Part shown: positions 42,734 to 45,530 of the stretch, piece after piece
Layout of the letters: the number at the start of each line of letters is the position of its first letter
Numbering within the stretch: position 1 is the first letter of the stretch
DNA from: Patescibacteria group bacterium
Lineage (GTDB): Bacteria > Patescibacteriota > Microgenomatia > UBA1400 > PJMF01
Length of the DNA: 45,530 bases
Assembly: GCA_018813375.1 (NCBI GenBank)
Contig: JAHJBU010000003.1
Span: 1 to 45,530, forward strand
Direction: 5' to 3'
The notes under the pieces: generated by a model
What the model was told of the DNA's origin: nothing
Seen by the model: the letters and a program-made list of their open reading frames with translations, nothing else
Database searches by the model: none
Made by a program: the position numbers and the translations under genes

Positions 42734-45530
42734 ATGCCAAAAATTAAAGATTTAAATCAACAGCCAGACCTACCTCAATTAGAAGAGGAAATTCTTCAGT
42801 GGTGGCAAGACACCAAAGCCTTTGAAAAATCAATTGAAATGAGACCAGCTGATAAAGCTTATGTTTTTTATGATGGCCCACCCTTTGCCACCGGCCTACC
42901 TCACTACGGACATTTACTTGCCAGCACCACCAAAGACGTCATCCCACGCTACTGGACCATGAAAGGCTACCGCGTAGAACGCATCTGGGGTTGGGATTGC
43001 CATGGCTTACCGATTGAAAACTTAGTTGAAAAAGAACTTAATTTAAAAACCAAACAAGCCATTGAAACCTACGGAGTAGATAAATTTAATGAAGCCAGCA
43101 AAAATACCGTCCTTCGCTACGCCGATGATTGGAAAAAAATTATTCCTCGCATCGGTCGTTGGGTTGATATGGAAAATGACTATAAAACCATGGAACCAAA
43201 CTACATGGAAAGCCTGTGGTGGGTTTTCAAATCACTCTGGGAGAGAAAATTAATTTACCAAAGCTATAAATCAATGCATGTTTGCCCACGCTGTAACACA
43301 CCTCTGTCAAACTTTGAAGTTACCCTTGGATATAAAGATATTACTGATCAATCAGTAATAGTTAAGTTTCCCCTCAATAAAACTCAATTACTGACTGACT
43401 CCACTAAACCAGTTTTTATCTTAGCTTGGACAACTACACCCTGGACATTACCAGGAAATGCTCTTTTGGCCATAGATCCTAAATTAGACTACGTCTTATT
43501 TGAAAGCCAAAAATTAGATCAGCTTTATATTGTGGCTAAAAGTCGTTTAAATGAAATTGCCCCAGAGAGCAAAGTTGTTAAAAAATTTAAAGGAAAAGAA
43601 ATCATTAACTTAACCTATGAACCACTTTTCCCTTATTTTAAAAACACCAAGAATGCTTTTCGCATTGTGGCTGGAGATTTTATTAACACCAAGGAAGGGA
43701 CTGGAATTGTCCACATCGCTCCTGCTTTTGGCGAAGATGACTATCAACTAGGAGAAAAAGAAAACATTGAGCTGATTCAACATGTTACTATGGGCGGAAT
43801 ATTTGTTCCAGAAGTAACTGACTTTGCCGGAATGGATGTAAAACCCAAACATAATCATGATCAAGCTGATAAAGAAATCATTGAGTATTTGCAAAATAAA
43901 GATTTTTTATTTAGTCAAAAAACTATCGAGCACAGCTATCCTCATTGCTGGAGATGCGACACCCCATTACTGAATTACGCTACTGAAAGTTGGTTTGTCA
44001 AAGTAACTGCTATTAAAGATCAGTTGTTAGCTAATAATCAAAAAATAAACTGGATTCCTGACAATATTCAAAATGGTCGTTTTGGTAATTGGCTAGAAAA
44101 TGCCCGTGATTGGGCAATTTCTCGCAATCGATATTGGGGTACACCTCTTCCCGTTTGGCAAAGTGAGGATGGTGATACTATCTGCATTGGCAGCAAGCAA
44201 GAGCTAGAAAATCTTTCTGGACAAAAAGTGAGTGATCTTCATAAACATGTGGTCGATGAGATTACTTTTGAAAAAAATGGTAAAACCTATACTAGAATTC
44301 CAGAAGTTCTTGACTGTTGGTTTGAGTCTGGGGCAATGCCTTATGGTTCCGTTCACTATCCTTTTGAAAACAAAGCGAAATTTGAAGCTAACTTTCCAGC
44401 TGAGTTTATCTCAGAAGGAATCGATCAAACTAGGGGTTGGTTTTATACCCTTCACGTTTTAGCGACTGCATTAACCACTGGAGAAAACCCAGCTATTAAA
44501 ACTCTACAGAGCACTTCTTCTTTTAAAAATGTAATTGTTAATGGGGTGGTATTAGCGCAAGATGGTAAAAAAATGAGCAAGCGCTTGCAAAATTATCCTG
44601 ACCCAATGTCGATTGTAAACAAGTACGGCGTAGATAGTCTACGTCTTTATTTAATGAGCTCAACCGTCATGAAAAGTGAGAATCTTAGCTTTAACGAAAA
44701 AGAAGTGGCTGATATTCGTCGCAAAGTTTTTATAATTTGGTGGAATGTATTTAAATTCTTTAAAACCTTTGGCAATAAATCAATTGATGCCACTCAAGCT
44801 CCAACTGAACCTGATCATGTTATGGATAAATGGCTTTTAAGTAAAACTCAACATCTGATCCAAAACACTACTCAATACATGGATAACTACGATTTAATTA
44901 AAGCCAGCCGAATTTTAATGGAATTTGTAGATGAACTTTCAACTTGGTACCTACGCCTAAGTCGTGATCGTTTGAGAGCCAAGGACAATCAAGAAGCTAG
45001 CCACGTTTTTGGCTATACACTTTATACTTTAGCTCAACTAATGGCTCCCTTAGCACCATTTTTCCCCGAGTTAATCCATCATAATTTGATTGATGAAAGT
45101 ACTTCTATTCATCACACTAATTGGCCCCAAACCAATTTAAAATTAATGCATCCAACCCTAGAATCTAAAATGGCAACAGCTAAAGAGGTTGTTAATCAAG
45201 CCCGATTTTTAAGAAAAGACCAAGGAGTTAAACTCCGTCAACCGCTAACTAAACTCACGGTCACTGCCCCTGGAGAAAGACCACAAGACAACTTACTAAA
45301 AGTGATTGCTAAAGAATTAAACGTCAAAGAAGTTGATTGGAAAAGTGGAGAAGAACTAAAAGTCAAACTAAATTTCACTCTCACTGCAGAACTCAAGGCT
45401 GAAGGTGAAGCTAGAGAGCTAATGAGAGACATTCAAAAACTTCGTAAAAAAGCTGGTTTAAAACTTACAGCGCAAGTAAATGCACAAGTCCCAAGCTGGC
45501 CTATAGATTGGCAAAAAGAAATTGAAGCTA
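42734..45530 (+). CDS. ileS: Isoleucine--tRNA ligase, eukaryote-like type 2 (IleRS2), 3'-truncated by the window edge
   Basis: This gene is absent from the supplied ORF track because it has no stop in the window. From the ATG at 42734 the frame reads MPKIKDLNQQPDLPQLEEEILQWWQ...YVFYDGPPFATGLPHYGHLLAST (HYGH class I motif) ...WGWDCHGLPIE... and DGKKMSKRLQNYPDP (KMSKR) near 44570. I spot-checked the frame at 43022, 44522 and 45482 and it is still open at 45529. Confidence 0.9.
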   Translation, partial: MPKIKDLNQQPDLPQLEEEILQWWQDTKAFEKSIEMRPADKAYVFYDGPPFATGLPHYGHLLASTTKDVIPRYWTMKGYRVERIWGWDCHGLPIENLVEKELNLKTKQAIETYGVDKFNEASKNTVLRYADDWKKIIPRIGRWVDMENDYKTMEPNYMESLWWVFKSLWERKLIYQSYKSMHVCPRCNTPLSNFEVTLGYKDITDQSVIVKFPLNKTQLLTDSTKPVFILAWTTTPWTLPGNALLAIDPKLDYVLFESQKLDQLYIVAKSRLNEIAPESKVVKKFKGKEIINLTYEPLFPYFKNTKNAFRIVAGDFINTKEGTGIVHIAPAFGEDDYQLGEKENIELIQHVTMGGIFVPEVTDFAGMDVKPKHNHDQADKEIIEYLQNKDFLFSQKTIEHSYPHCWRCDTPLLNYATESWFVKVTAIKDQLLANNQKINWIPDNIQNGRFGNWLENARDWAISRNRYWGTPLPVWQSEDGDTICIGSKQELENLSGQKVSDLHKHVVDEITFEKNGKTYTRIPEVLDCWFESGAMPYGSVHYPFENKAKFEANFPAEFISEGIDQTRGWFYTLHVLATALTTGENPAIKTLQSTSSFKNVIVNGVVLAQDGKKMSKRLQNYPDPMSIVNKYGVDSLRLYLMSSTVMKSENLSFNEKEVADIRRKVFIIWWNVFKFFKTFGNKSIDATQAPTEPDHVMDKWLLSKTQHLIQNTTQYMDNYDLIKASRILMEFVDELSTWYLRLSRDRLRAKDNQEASHVFGYTLYTLAQLMAPLAPFFPELIHHNLIDESTSIHHTNWPQTNLKLMHPTLESKMATAKEVVNQARFLRKDQGVKLRQPLTKLTVTAPGERPQDNLLKVIAKELNVKEVDWKSGEELKVKLNFTLTAELKAEGEARELMRDIQKLRKKAGLKLTAQVNAQVPSWPIDWQKEIEA

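Noticed and set aside
4643-45432. About 30 antisense or alternative-frame ORFs of 60-133 aa lying inside longer annotated genes. Examples on the minus strand: 4643..4894, 7080..7265, 15585..15878, 29788..30117, 35697..36098, 39969..40244, 41373..41723 and 45238..45432. Examples on the plus strand: 10392..10583, 20547..20753 and 44232..44462.
   Set aside because: Each is fully embedded in a longer ORF with clear family motifs. They have no SD or promoter context and give low-complexity translations typical of shadow ORFs in AT-rich DNA.
1-45530. Alternative genetic code (UGA recoding, as in some CPR lineages)
   Set aside because: TGA functions as a stop at several well-supported gene ends with coupled restarts (ATGA at 5294-5297, 8091-8094, 12851-12854, 15487-15490, 19034-19037 and 31482-31485). 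All conserved proteins are full-length under code 11.

Overview
AT-rich, very gene-dense 45.5-kb window with about 44 protein genes. All but one are on the + strand, and many have overlapping stop/start codons (ATGA, TAATG, GTGA). I found no rRNA, tRNA, CRISPR array, transposase or integrase. Left to right: (i) About 23 kb of cell-envelope glycan or glycoconjugate assembly genes. These are two Wzy_C/O-antigen-ligase-like proteins, two GT-C (GT39/ArnT-like) proteins, five GT4, two GT2, a hexapeptide acetyltransferase, a UDP-xylose synthase, manC, a small phosphoglycosyl transferase and a DUF4012 protein. ruvC-ruvA-ruvB is embedded in the middle of this block. (ii) recO, glyQS and an anchored secreted hypothetical protein. 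(iii) A 1.2-kb autonomous two-gene cassette: a Panacea/DUF4065 (SocA-like antitoxin) protein translationally coupled to a 131-aa orphan protein, with its own palindrome-bearing promoter and hairpin. This is my best candidate for an undescribed toxin-antitoxin or defence pair. (iv) A dcw cluster ordered mraZ-rsmH-ftsL-ftsI-murE-murC-murB-murA-mraY-ftsW-murG-ftsQ-ftsA-ftsZ. It contains murA and murB but lacks murD, murF and ddl. (v) A small SD-preceded ORF, a 630-bp hairpin-rich non-coding region, and a eukaryote-like (type 2) ileS that runs off the 3' edge and is not in the supplied ORF track. The only two long non-coding regions (2044-2681 and 42102-42733) share a conserved paired palindrome, TGATG-N6-CATCA twice with 20-bp phasing, plus an 18-nt box. 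Both regions are full of direct repeats and hairpins, so unannotated RNA or regulatory elements are likely there. Gene content and genome style (DUF4012, short RecO, tiny spacers, one-strand bias) suggest a Patescibacteria/CPR-like organism, but that is inference only. All functional calls come from motif recognition by eye, with no database search.
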